Below are positions 27,468-36,779 of a stretch of DNA of 64,000 nt, one piece after another. The stretch lies in NCBI GenBank assembly GCA_963664435.2, contig CAXXKM010000003.1, forward strand, positions 1,414,476 to 1,478,475, in the 5' to 3' direction. The notes below the pieces were generated by a model, which was not told where the DNA came from, searched no databases, and saw nothing but the letters and a program-made list of their open reading frames with translations. The DNA is from Longimicrobiales bacterium (GTDB taxonomy: Bacteria > Gemmatimonadota > Gemmatimonadetes > Longimicrobiales > Gaopeijiaceae). The first letter of the stretch is position 1, and the number at the start of each line of letters is the position of its first letter. The translations under genes and the position numbers were made by a program.

Positions 27468-27513
27468 GAGGCCTGGGCCATCCGTCCCGGCCCGGCGCGC
27501 CGTCCGACCCGGC

Positions 27514-28734
27514 TCAGGTCGAGAGCACCGCCTCCACCTGAACCAGAGCCTCCTCGAGTTCTTCCCGCCCGATTACAAGGGGGGGCGCGAAGCGAATGAC
27601 CTGCTCGTGCGTCTCCTTGGCCAGGATGCCCCGGTGCCAAAGGGCCTCGCAGAAGGGACGCGCCGGACCCGACGACGCTCTGATGACCAGGCCGATCATC
27701 AAGCCCCGGCCGCGCACTTCTTCGACGTGCGGGGAGTCGATGGCGCGCAGCCTCTGCATGAACCATTCGCCCAGCCGGGCGGACCGCTCGACCAGCCCTT
27801 CCTCGACGAGGACCGCCAGCGCCGCGCGCGCGACCGCGGCCGCCAGCGGATTGCCGCCGAAGGTGGAGCCGTGGTCGCCGGGACGGAACACGTCCATGAA
27901 CTCCGAATCCGCGATCGCCGCCGAGACCGGGTAGACGCCGCCGCCCAGGGCCTTGCCCAGGATGAGCACGTCCGGACGCACGTCCTCCCAGTCGCAGCAC
28001 AGGAGTCGTCCGGTGCGCCCCAGTCCGGTCTGGATCTCGTCGGCGACCAGGGCCACCTGATGCCTTGAGCAGAGGTCCCGGGCAGCACGCAGGTAGCCGC
28101 GCGGCGGCACGATGACGCCTCCTTCGCCCTGGATGGGCTCGACCAGGAAGCCCGCGGTGCACTCGTTGATGGCGTCGCGCAGGGCGTCGATGTCCCCGTA
28201 GGGGATCCGGCGGAAGCCGGGCGTGAACGGGCCGAAGCCTCTCCGGTACTCGAACTCGGAGGAAAAGCCCACGATGGTGGTCGTTCTGCCATGGAAGTTG
28301 TTGTCGCAGACGATGATCTCCGCCTTGTCGCGCGGGATCCCCTTCACCTGGTAGCCCCACTTGCGGACCATCTTGATTGCGGTCTCGACGCCTTCCGCGC
28401 CCGTGTTCATGAGCAGGACGCGCCCGAAGCCGGTGAGCTCGCACAGCTCGCGCTGGAACGGGCCCATCTGGTCGTTGTGGAACGCGCGCGAGGTGAGGGT
28501 CAGGCGCTGCATCTGATCCCGCGCGGCGCCGACGATGCGCGGATGCCGGTGACCCTGATTGAGTGCCGAGTAGGCGCTCAGCATGTCGAGATAGCGGCGT
28601 CCCTCCACGTCCCAGACCCAGACGCCCTCGCCCCGTTCGAGCACGACCGGGAGCGGATGGTAGTGGTGGGCGCCGAATCGGTCGGCTTCATCGAGGTAGG
28701 ATGACGTGATCGCCTGCGTTGCTGTGTCCTGCAT
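27514..28734 (-). CDS. rocD: Ornithine aminotransferase-like class III PLP aminotransferase
   Basis: 406-aa part of track ORF 27514..29523, with ATG at 28734. [33 protein letters not shown]. The exact substrate (ornithine versus acetylornithine) was not resolved. Confidence 0.85.
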   Translation of the reverse strand: MQDTATQAITSSYLDEADRFGAHHYHPLPVVLERGEGVWVWDVEGRRYLDMLSAYSALNQGHRHPRIVGAARDQMQRLTLTSRAFHNDQMGPFQRELCELTGFGRVLLMNTGAEGVETAIKMVRKWGYQVKGIPRDKAEIIVCDNNFHGRTTTIVGFSSEFEYRRGFGPFTPGFRRIPYGDIDALRDAINECTAGFLVEPIQGEGGVIVPPRGYLRAARDLCSRHQVALVADEIQTGLGRTGRLLCCDWEDVRPDVLILGKALGGGVYPVSAAIADSEFMDVFRPGDHGSTFGGNPLAAAVARAALAVLVEEGLVERSARLGEWFMQRLRAIDSPHVEEVRGRGLMIGLVIRASSGPARPFCEALWHRGILAKETHEQVIRFAPPLVIGREELEEALVQVEAVLST

Positions 28735-28772
28735 GATGTCGGCCTCCGGAAGCGGGCCCCGCGGGCGTCGCG

Positions 28773-29741
28773 TCAGCGTGTCGATGCGGCGCCGCGAAAG
28801 GTCACGGGCGGAAACGGGTTCTCGTTGACGCTGAGCTGAAAGACGTCGGGGCGGGCATAGTGACCCACCACGTCGAAGTCGAACTTTCCGCGCGTGACGG
28901 CGTCGGGATCGAGGCGGGCGAAGAGAATCCCCTCCTGGTCCCAGAGGGGTCCCGCCAGGCGCGCCCCGGACGGGGAATAGATCGCGCTCCCGCCGGCGCA
29001 CAGGCGTTCCGGCCAGTCCTTGAGTTCGCCGGCGATCTCCAGGTCGGCCGGGTACTGGGCGCGGGTGGCGTACTGGTTGCAGCCGAGCACGAAGCACCTT
29101 CCTTCGAGGGCGATGTGGCGGAGCGTGGCCTGCCAGCGCTCGCGTCCGTCGGCGGTGGGGGCCAGGTAGATCTCCACGCCCTTCGCGTACATCGCCGTGC
29201 GGGCCAGCGGCATGTAGTTCTCCCAGCAGATGAGGCCGCCGACCCGGCCCAGGGGCGTGTCCACGACCGTGAGCGTGCTGCCGTCGCCTTCGCCCCAGAT
29301 GAAACGCTCGGCGGCGGTCGGCTTGAGCTTTCGATGCTTCCCCAGCAGCGAGCCGTCGGGGCCGAAGTAGAGAAGCGTGCAGAAGAGCGTACCTCCGCTG
29401 TAGTCGGCATCCCGCTCCACGATCCCGACGGCCAGGTAGACGCCGTGAGCCGCCGCGGCCTCGCCGATGCGGTCGGCGGCCGGGCCCGGGACTTCCACCG
29501 CCCCCTTCAGGTATCGGTTCCACGTTCGGCGGCCGGCCGGCGAACGACCGCCCACGGACGTGCCGAAGGCCAGACCCCAGGGGTATCCGCCCACATAGGC
29601 TTCCGGGAAGAGAACCAGCTGCGCTCCCCCTGCGGCAGCTTCGGCGGTGAGCGCGTGCACCTTCCCGATCGCCGCCTCCAGGTCGAAGGGGACTCCGGCC
29701 CCCTGCACCACCGCGACCCCGATGCCCTCGTTGTCGTTCAT
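28773..29741 (-). CDS. Nitrilase / carbon-nitrogen hydrolase
   Basis: [10 protein letters not shown] (Glu), HRKLKPT (Lys) and LICWENYMP (Cys) form the catalytic triad context. ATG at 29741 is preferred over 29801. Confidence 0.85.
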   Translation of the reverse strand: MNDNEGIGVAVVQGAGVPFDLEAAIGKVHALTAEAAAGGAQLVLFPEAYVGGYPWGLAFGTSVGGRSPAGRRTWNRYLKGAVEVPGPAADRIGEAAAAHGVYLAVGIVERDADYSGGTLFCTLLYFGPDGSLLGKHRKLKPTAAERFIWGEGDGSTLTVVDTPLGRVGGLICWENYMPLARTAMYAKGVEIYLAPTADGRERWQATLRHIALEGRCFVLGCNQYATRAQYPADLEIAGELKDWPERLCAGGSAIYSPSGARLAGPLWDQEGILFARLDPDAVTRGKFDFDVVGHYARPDVFQLSVNENPFPPVTFRGAASTR

Positions 29742-29881
29742 CCGGTTCTCATCCGATTCGTCGGTCCGGAAAGCGCACCTGGACATCGTCCGGGCGCTCA
29801 CATTCCGTACCAGTGGCTTCCGCCCGCTACGTGGAATAATGCATCAAGAGTATGCTTCGCGCGACAGGGCCCGGCGCCGCG

Positions 29882-30814
29882 TCAGCCTCCTCGATACGCG
29901 ATCTCCGCAACCACCTCGCCTACAACCTCCAGCGTTGCCGGGCTCACGTTGGCGGCGACGTCGTTCGGGGTGTGCCAGAGCGAGTTTCCCGGCCCGTATT
30001 CGAAGTCGATGATGTCCACGGTCGGGATCCCGGCTTCGTTCAGCGGCACGTGGTCGTCCTGGATGGGAGGACGCACCGTCATCGGGAAGAGGCGGCCGTA
30101 TCCCAGTTCGCGCGCGATCCCCCAGACGCGCTGCACCACGCGCGGAGCGTAGCGGGAGGAGTACCCTTCCACGGGGAAGCCGGGATCGCGGTCCCCGACC
30201 ATGTCGAGGAGGACCGCATAACGCGGCTGGCCGCCCAGCGGCTGCTCGGCATAGCGCTCGGAGCCGATGAACATGTCCGCCGTGGTGGGCCCGTAGTCCT
30301 CGCCGTCCACCATGAGCAGGTCGACGCCGACGGGAGGCGGTTGAACGGAAAAGAGCTCGGCGAGCGCCAGGAGCACGGCCACGCCGGAAGCGCCGTCGTT
30401 GGCCCCCGGGACGGGCGTGTCACGCTCCTCCGGGTTGGTGCTCTGGTCGGAGATGGGCCGGGTGTCCCAGTGGGCCAGGAAGAGCAGCCGGTCGGGGTTG
30501 GCGGCGTTGAAGCGGGCGAGGACGTTGGCCAGCGGCAGGGTGTCGCCGGCGGTGGTGGTGTAGCGGAAGCGGTCGACGATGACCGTGTCGGCGTGCGCCG
30601 TCAGGTGCTCGACCATCCACTCCAGCTGTGCGGCATGACCAGCCGTGCCCGGCACCCGCGGCCCGAACGCGAGCTGCGTCTCGATCAGCTCGAAGGCACG
30701 CGCTCCCGGGAAGGCCGGGCGTTCGACTCGCTGGGCAGGCTCGCTACCCCGCTCCCCTCCGCAGGCCAGCGTTGCCGCCAGCAGAAACGCCGAGTACCCG
30801 GAGAGGTGCGTCAT
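29882..30814 (-). CDS. M28-family peptidase / glutaminyl-cyclase-like lipoprotein
   Basis: 310-aa ORF. Signal plus LAC lipobox, then HWDTRP, GANDGASGVA, MVDGEDYG and DDHVPL metal-ligand motifs. Confidence 0.8.
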   Translation of the reverse strand: MTHLSGYSAFLLAATLACGGERGSEPAQRVERPAFPGARAFELIETQLAFGPRVPGTAGHAAQLEWMVEHLTAHADTVIVDRFRYTTTAGDTLPLANVLARFNAANPDRLLFLAHWDTRPISDQSTNPEERDTPVPGANDGASGVAVLLALAELFSVQPPPVGVDLLMVDGEDYGPTTADMFIGSERYAEQPLGGQPRYAVLLDMVGDRDPGFPVEGYSSRYAPRVVQRVWGIARELGYGRLFPMTVRPPIQDDHVPLNEAGIPTVDIIDFEYGPGNSLWHTPNDVAANVSPATLEVVGEVVAEIAYRGG

Positions 30815-30835
30815 GCGGGCATCTCGGCCGTCGGC

Positions 30836-33376
30836 TCAACTGCACTCGCTGAAGCCGCACACATGGCACTTCACGCACCCCTCCTCGAAGGAGAGCTGAC
30901 CGGTGCCGCAGTCCGGACAGCTGCCCAGATAGCCCGACCTGGAGGAGCTGCCGCCGGAAGACTCGACGGCAGGGGTGGCCGGCCCGGCGGCTGAAGTCAC
31001 GGGAGCGGTGAGGACGAGTTCCGCCTGGATTCCGTCCTTTTCCTGCAGGTAGTACTCGATCGCCTGGCCGATGGCGTCGGGGGCGGAAAGGACCTTGCGG
31101 AGCCCGAACCCGACGGCGCGGTCGCAGGAGATGCCGCGAAGCTGATCGCGGACGGCGGTAATGGGGATTCCCGAGCGAAGTGCGAGAGAGATCAGGCGCC
31201 CGATCGCCTCCGCGTCCGCCATGGCGGCGCCGCCCGCCTTGCCCAGCGTGCAGAAGACCTCGAAGGGTCGTCCGGTCTCGTCCTCGTTGATGGTGACGTA
31301 GAGATCGCCGAGCGGACAGTCCATCTTCACGGTACGTCCCTTCAGGAGCGCGGGGCGCTTGCGCTTGTGGCGGCCGGCGCCGGCCAGGCGGTCGCGGTCC
31401 CGGTCACGCTGCGCGTATTCCTCGAGCTTGCCGCGCAGCCGGTGACATTCCTCGCGCGCATCCGCGAGCTCCTGCTCGATCTCGCCGGTCGTCTGCGTTT
31501 TCTCGCCGGTCGTTTCCGGCTTCTTCTCGGTCTTGCCGGTCGAGAGCACCTGCATCGGGCGGGACCCGTCGCGGTACACGGTCACGCCCTTGCACCCCAG
31601 CGAGAAGGCCAGCTCGTAGATCTCGCGGACATCCTCCGGCGTCGCTTCATGGGGGAAGTTGGTGGTCTTGGAAATGGCGGCGTCGGTGTACTTCTGGAAC
31701 GCCGCCTGCATGCGCACGTGCCATTCCGGGGTGATGTCGTGCGCGGTCACGAACACCCGCTGCACGTCCTCGGGTACCTCCTCGTGGTGGATGTGGCCGC
31801 TCTCCGCCACCCGCTCCATGAGTTCCTCCGAGTACCAGCCCTCCTCCCTGGCGATGCGCACGAAGTCTTCGTTGACGTCGGGCATCAGCACGCCGGCCTG
31901 GTTGCGCATGAACGCCACCGCGAACAGGGGTTCGATGCCGCCCGAGCAGCCAGCGAAGATGGAAATGGTGCCCGTCGGGGCGACCGTGTCGAGGTTGCAG
32001 TTGCGCAGCGGACGCATCGCACGAATGCGGCTTCCGTCGGCGCGGCGGGCACAGCTCTCCTCGGGACCCCAGATGGATTCCGACCAGGCCGGGAACACGC
32101 CCCGGCTTTCCGCCAGCTTCGCGGAAGCGACTTTGGCTTCCTCGTCGATGAAGCGCATGACGGTTTCGGCGAGCTTCACGGCGGCATCGGAGTTGTACGG
32201 GACTCCCAGCCGCACCAGCATGTCCGCCCAGCCCATCACGCCCAGCCCGATGCGTCGTATTCTTTCCGCCAGCTCGGTGATCTGCGGCAGCGGATAGCGG
32301 TTGGCGTCGATCACGTTGTCCAGGAAGTGCACGGACAGGTGGACGACCCGGCGGAGCCCCTCCCAGTCGATTGCGTCCCGGGAATCGTCGTCCCACGAGC
32401 TCCCCCTGCGCACGAACGGGCCGAGATTGAGGCTCCCCAGGTTGCACACGTCGTAGGGCAGCAGCGGCTGTTCACCGCACGGATTGGTGGCCTCGTATTG
32501 GCCCAGCTTCGGCACCGGGTTGAATTCGTTGGCCCGGTCGATGAAGAAGACGCCCGGCTCGCCGGTCTTCCACGCACCCTGCACGATCATGTCGAAGATC
32601 TCGCTCGCGTTCTCGCGACCCACGACATCGCCGGTGCGCGGGCTGACGAGGTCGTAGTCCTCGCCCTTCGCCACCGCCTGCATGAACGCGTCGGTGATGG
32701 CGACCGAGATGTTGAAGTTGGTGATCTGGGACGTGTCGTCCTTGCAGGTGATGAAGGTGCGGATGTCGGGATGGTCCACCCGCAGAATGCCCATGTTCGC
32801 GCCCCGGCGCGTACCTCCCTGCTTCACGACCTCGGTGGAGGAGTCGTAGAGGCGCATGAAGGACACCGGGCCGGACGCGACGCCCATGGTGGAGCGCACG
32901 GTGTCGCCCTCGGTGCGCAGGCGGGAGAACGAGAACCCCGTGCCTCCTCCCGACTGGTGGACCAGCGCCATGCTCTTGAGGGTGTCGTAGATGCCGCTCT
33001 TATCGTTGGAGAGGGCATCGTCGACGGGGAGCACGAAACACGCGGAGAGCTGTCCGAGAGGCCGTCCCGCGTTCATGAGCGTGGGAGAGTTGGGCTCGAA
33101 CGTGCCGGTCGCCATGAGGTCGTAGAACCGGCGCGCGACCTCGTCGATCGCCGCGTCCGTGGCGCCATGGCGGCGGTCCTCCTCTGCGATCACGCGCGCG
33201 ACCCGCCAGAACATGGTCTCGGGCTCTTCGGTTGGCTCGCCCTCCTCGTTCTTCTTGAGATAGCGGAGCCCGAGGACGATGCGGGCGTTCTCCGTAAGCG
33301 TCGCGCGCGGGAGATCGGGGGGGGGCACGTCGTGCGCCGGTGGAGCGTCCGGAGATGCGGGTCGTTGGGCCGCCAT
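30836..33376 (-). CDS. nrdJ: Adenosylcobalamin-dependent (class II) ribonucleotide reductase
   Basis: 846-aa part of track ORF 30836..33493. ATG at 33376 is preceded by GGAAGG. SACFVL, NPCGEQPLLPYDVCNLGS, and a C-terminal CxxC...CxxC tail (CPDCG...CVKCHVCG). Confidence 0.92.
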   Translation of the reverse strand: MAAQRPASPDAPPAHDVPPPDLPRATLTENARIVLGLRYLKKNEEGEPTEEPETMFWRVARVIAEEDRRHGATDAAIDEVARRFYDLMATGTFEPNSPTLMNAGRPLGQLSACFVLPVDDALSNDKSGIYDTLKSMALVHQSGGGTGFSFSRLRTEGDTVRSTMGVASGPVSFMRLYDSSTEVVKQGGTRRGANMGILRVDHPDIRTFITCKDDTSQITNFNISVAITDAFMQAVAKGEDYDLVSPRTGDVVGRENASEIFDMIVQGAWKTGEPGVFFIDRANEFNPVPKLGQYEATNPCGEQPLLPYDVCNLGSLNLGPFVRRGSSWDDDSRDAIDWEGLRRVVHLSVHFLDNVIDANRYPLPQITELAERIRRIGLGVMGWADMLVRLGVPYNSDAAVKLAETVMRFIDEEAKVASAKLAESRGVFPAWSESIWGPEESCARRADGSRIRAMRPLRNCNLDTVAPTGTISIFAGCSGGIEPLFAVAFMRNQAGVLMPDVNEDFVRIAREEGWYSEELMERVAESGHIHHEEVPEDVQRVFVTAHDITPEWHVRMQAAFQKYTDAAISKTTNFPHEATPEDVREIYELAFSLGCKGVTVYRDGSRPMQVLSTGKTEKKPETTGEKTQTTGEIEQELADAREECHRLRGKLEEYAQRDRDRDRLAGAGRHKRKRPALLKGRTVKMDCPLGDLYVTINEDETGRPFEVFCTLGKAGGAAMADAEAIGRLISLALRSGIPITAVRDQLRGISCDRAVGFGLRKVLSAPDAIGQAIEYYLQEKDGIQAELVLTAPVTSAAGPATPAVESSGGSSSRSGYLGSCPDCGTGQLSFEEGCVKCHVCGFSECS

Positions 33377-33677
33377 GCTGCCTTCCATTTTGCCGGAGTT
33401 GTGGGAAAACGAGTGGAAACAGCCCCCACCTTTGTGCAAAACAAGCAGAAAGCACGCCAGCCAGGGTGTGGGCTTGTGGAAACTGCTCGGCACCCCGCAG
33501 AACCACCGTATCTAGTGGCGCCGGTGTCTCAGGGGTGCCGTATGTCGCGTATGCTCGAACATCATAAGATACCATGCGCGCGACGCGCAAGCGTTGCGCG
33601 GCCGCAGCAGTGCGCCGGACGAACCACCGGGCCGGGTGCGCTCCGGGCAACAGTCTCCCCGCTGGCGGCCCCGTCCT

Positions 33678-36600
33678 CTAGAACGCCGATCCCAGGCGCA
33701 GATGGAGCCGACCCTTGCGCACGCGAAGCGCCGCCCCGGGGGGATCGTTCTCGGCCCTGAGAGGGAAGGCCACCCCCATGCGCACGTCGGTGGAGAGGGT
33801 CCAGAACGGCAGCGCGTTCACGGTTAGTTCGAGTCCGACGGAGGCGAGGGCAGCCCGTTTCGGACTCCGGGAGGGCTCGGCCTCGCCCTCCGGGCCCCAG
33901 GCGTTGCCCGCATCGGCGAACAGGCTCGCGCCGACCCGGTCGAAGTAGAGCGGCCAGGCCCCGAGACCCCGGCGAATGAGCGAGAGCGGCACCCGGTATT
34001 CGGCCGACGCCGACCAGGCGATGCGTCCCCGGCGGGACGCGGTGGAGTAGCCGCGCACCGGAAAGAGGAGCGGCGAGCCTCCGAAGAGGCCGAAGCCGGT
34101 GATGCGCTCACGCGTGCCGGCGGCGTCTCCAACCTCGAAATGAAAGCCGTCGGCGCCAGGCCCGCGCGCAATGCCGCCGCTCGCGCGCAGGGCAAACACC
34201 TGCTGGGCGAAGCCGACGTTTCCGAGCGCCCGGTAGAGGGACAGGCGACCGGTCATCTCCTCGAAGCCGTGGTCGGCGGAGGGGTTGCCGGCGAGGTCGT
34301 CGGGAAGATCGAGCACGCGCGCGACGCGACCGCGAAGGGCGGCGGAAACACCGTCTGCGCGGGTCATGGACATGGCGTAGGCGCGGGCGGTGCTGAAGCC
34401 CACGGTCGCGGCCAGCTCCCCGACGCGCCGGGTTGGGCGGTTGAGCCGGAAGGTGGTGGAGGGTTCGAGCATCGCGTCCAGCAGCTCGGAGGATACCCAG
34501 TTGTGGCTGGCCTCGAGGGTGAGGCCGATGCGGTTGCGGAAGCGCGCCCGCTGGAGATCCACGCTCAGCTGCACGCGCCGTTCCCTGTCCACCACATAGA
34601 GCGTGTCCAGGTCCCCGTTCCCGCGCTCCCCCAGGGTCAGGCCCGCGGGATCGTAGAGCTGGCCCGCCGAGAGGGTCACCACGGGGTTGCCCAGCGCCGC
34701 GGTCGTGTATCCGAGACGGCCTTCCCCACGGCGCTTGTCGGGAATGAGGCGGCCCCAGGCCCGAAACGAGTGGCGGCCCACCAGGTCGCGCCCGGAGGTC
34801 GAGAAGCCGAAGGCGCGGCCGACGACATCGCGCTCCCGGATCTTTCGCGGCGGGGAGTAGAGCGGCTGCCAGTAGGTCGGGAGAAGCGAGCGGAACGCCC
34901 GGTAGGGCCTGCTCTCGGCTTCGATCGCGGCCTCGAAGCGGTCGGGAGAACGATCGGCGCCCACGAGGAAGCGCGGGTCGCCGGCCAAGGGGTCGAACCA
35001 CTCGCCCGGGTCGTACGGTATGCGTTCGATGTCCCAGCCGTCGTGGTGGTAGGCCGAGTAGTAGATCCACTCGCCCGCCGGGTCGATGGACGGGTGGGCG
35101 GCCCCGGTCAGCAGGTTGGTGACCTGGCGCACTGCCCCCGGGCGTCCGTCCCCGTCGATGGCGACCGCGAACAGGTTGGGGATGCCGGTGCGGTCGGAGG
35201 ACCACAGCAGGGTGCGCCCGTCGGGGGACCAGGCGGGGCTCGCGTCGACGGCGCGGTCGCCGGTCACCCGCGCGACCACCCCGCCGCCGGCATCCAGAAT
35301 GACGACATCGAAGCGGCCTCCGGTCCGCCACTGCGATACGGCGATGCGGGCGCCGTCGGGCGACCAGCGCGGAAAGGCCCAGTGCACGGCGGGATCCGCT
35401 TCCGCCAGCGGGCTGACTTCGCCGGTGGCCAGCTCCACCAGGACGAGCCGGTTGGTGCCGTCCCCCTCCTGTACAGCAACCGCCCGGTCGCCATCCGGGT
35501 GCACGTCGGGGGAGGCCAGGCGCCCGCCGCGGGTGACGCGGGTCACGCGGCCGGCCGCATCGGCGTGGTAGAGGTCGGAGTAGATCCGGTAGCGGTCCGC
35601 CAGCTCGAACTGGGCGAAGATCACCCCGCCGTCGGGCGTCCACGAAAAAGTGGACAGGCCGTTGGTGCGGGTGAACCGGCGCTCTCCGCCGCCGTCGAGG
35701 TCGCGCAGGCGCACATGAGCGTCCGAGCGGCCGTCCGCGAGCGCAAAGGCGAGGCGCGCCCCGTCCGGCGTGACCCGCGGGTAGAGCGCCTGGCGCGCCC
35801 CGCGGGTCAGGGCTTCGCCGGTGGTGAGCGGCTGCAGGGCGGCGAGGGAATCGGAGAGGGCGCGGTACTCGGCGGAGAGGGACGCTCGCCACGCCTCCCA
35901 GGCCTGCGAGAACGAGATGCCGAACGCCGAGCGCGCGGCGGCGTCGATCCGGTACGGCACCAGCTGTCCCGCCACCTGCTGCACGAGCTGCTCCATCCCC
36001 AGGGTGTCCGTGCGTTCCATCAGGAAATGGAAGAACTCGGAGCCGTAGACGTAGGGACGGAGACCCGCCGGCCACACCGGGCTCCTGCCCGAGACGACGG
36101 ACAGCGGATCGAGGTCGTTCTCCAGGACGCCGGTGCGAAGCACCATGTCCTGCCAGGTGCCGTGGACGCGGCCCGCGTCCGTCAGCGTCGACTCGTAGTA
36201 GGTGGCGATCCCCTCGGTCAGCCAGGTGGGCGTCGCGCGCCCGGGGAAGAAGGGCCACGTGGCGGGGTAGCGGCCCAGCACGGCACGCAGCACCCCGCCC
36301 AGCCCGCCCGCGGGATCGAGGTGGAAGATGTGGACCAGCTCGTGCGTGACCACCAGCTCCATCCACTCGTCGAAGTAGTTGAGCGAGCCTCCGTCCGCGG
36401 GCGGGCGCGCAAAGAGGGTGATGCGGTTGCCGGGGACCACGTTGGCGAAGCCGTTGGAGTAGTCGGCGTGGTCGGTGAGCACGATGTCGATGGCGCCCGG
36501 CGGTGGCTCGGTGAACCCCGAGGCGAGCTGCGTCCAGGCCCGCTCCGCGCGGTCGGCCAGCCGGGTCGCCAGCGGATGGAGGGCCTCGGGATAGGTGATC

Positions 36601-36773
36601 CGGAAGTGTTCGGTGTCGAAGGTGCGCCAGTTCTCGTCGGGGGGCACCTGGGCGGCGGCCGGCGCAGGTGCCGGGAGCACTCCCGCCAGGAACAGCAGCG
36701 GCAGGAGCACCCTTGTCAGCGCGCGGGCGCGGGCGCCACTCTTGTCCGGGAAACGGCAAAAACGGGTTATCAT
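33678..36773 (-). CDS. Outer-membrane-type multidomain protein: HExxH peptidase-like N-domain, TolB-like beta-propeller repeats and a C-terminal beta-barrel-like region ending in Phe
   Basis: 1031-aa ORF. Signal peptide LLPLLFLAGVLPAPAPAAAQ. HELVH at 36330..36344 with WLTEGIATYYE downstream. Repeated SPDG/TPDG propeller-like blades. Terminal ...HLRLGSAF. Confidence 0.75.
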   Translation of the reverse strand: MITRFCRFPDKSGARARALTRVLLPLLFLAGVLPAPAPAAAQVPPDENWRTFDTEHFRITYPEALHPLATRLADRAERAWTQLASGFTEPPPGAIDIVLTDHADYSNGFANVVPGNRITLFARPPADGGSLNYFDEWMELVVTHELVHIFHLDPAGGLGGVLRAVLGRYPATWPFFPGRATPTWLTEGIATYYESTLTDAGRVHGTWQDMVLRTGVLENDLDPLSVVSGRSPVWPAGLRPYVYGSEFFHFLMERTDTLGMEQLVQQVAGQLVPYRIDAAARSAFGISFSQAWEAWRASLSAEYRALSDSLAALQPLTTGEALTRGARQALYPRVTPDGARLAFALADGRSDAHVRLRDLDGGGERRFTRTNGLSTFSWTPDGGVIFAQFELADRYRIYSDLYHADAAGRVTRVTRGGRLASPDVHPDGDRAVAVQEGDGTNRLVLVELATGEVSPLAEADPAVHWAFPRWSPDGARIAVSQWRTGGRFDVVILDAGGGVVARVTGDRAVDASPAWSPDGRTLLWSSDRTGIPNLFAVAIDGDGRPGAVRQVTNLLTGAAHPSIDPAGEWIYYSAYHHDGWDIERIPYDPGEWFDPLAGDPRFLVGADRSPDRFEAAIEAESRPYRAFRSLLPTYWQPLYSPPRKIRERDVVGRAFGFSTSGRDLVGRHSFRAWGRLIPDKRRGEGRLGYTTAALGNPVVTLSAGQLYDPAGLTLGERGNGDLDTLYVVDRERRVQLSVDLQRARFRNRIGLTLEASHNWVSSELLDAMLEPSTTFRLNRPTRRVGELAATVGFSTARAYAMSMTRADGVSAALRGRVARVLDLPDDLAGNPSADHGFEEMTGRLSLYRALGNVGFAQQVFALRASGGIARGPGADGFHFEVGDAAGTRERITGFGLFGGSPLLFPVRGYSTASRRGRIAWSASAEYRVPLSLIRRGLGAWPLYFDRVGASLFADAGNAWGPEGEAEPSRSPKRAALASVGLELTVNALPFWTLSTDVRMGVAFPLRAENDPPGAALRVRKGRLHLRLGSAF

Positions 36774-36779
36774 CGCATC

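Noticed and set aside
33377-33677. A cobalamin riboswitch upstream of the B12-dependent nrdJ.
   Set aside because: I could not find anything resembling the B12-box core or the conserved GCCACTG element on the sense strand. B12 riboswitches normally control B12-independent isozymes or transport, not nrdJ.
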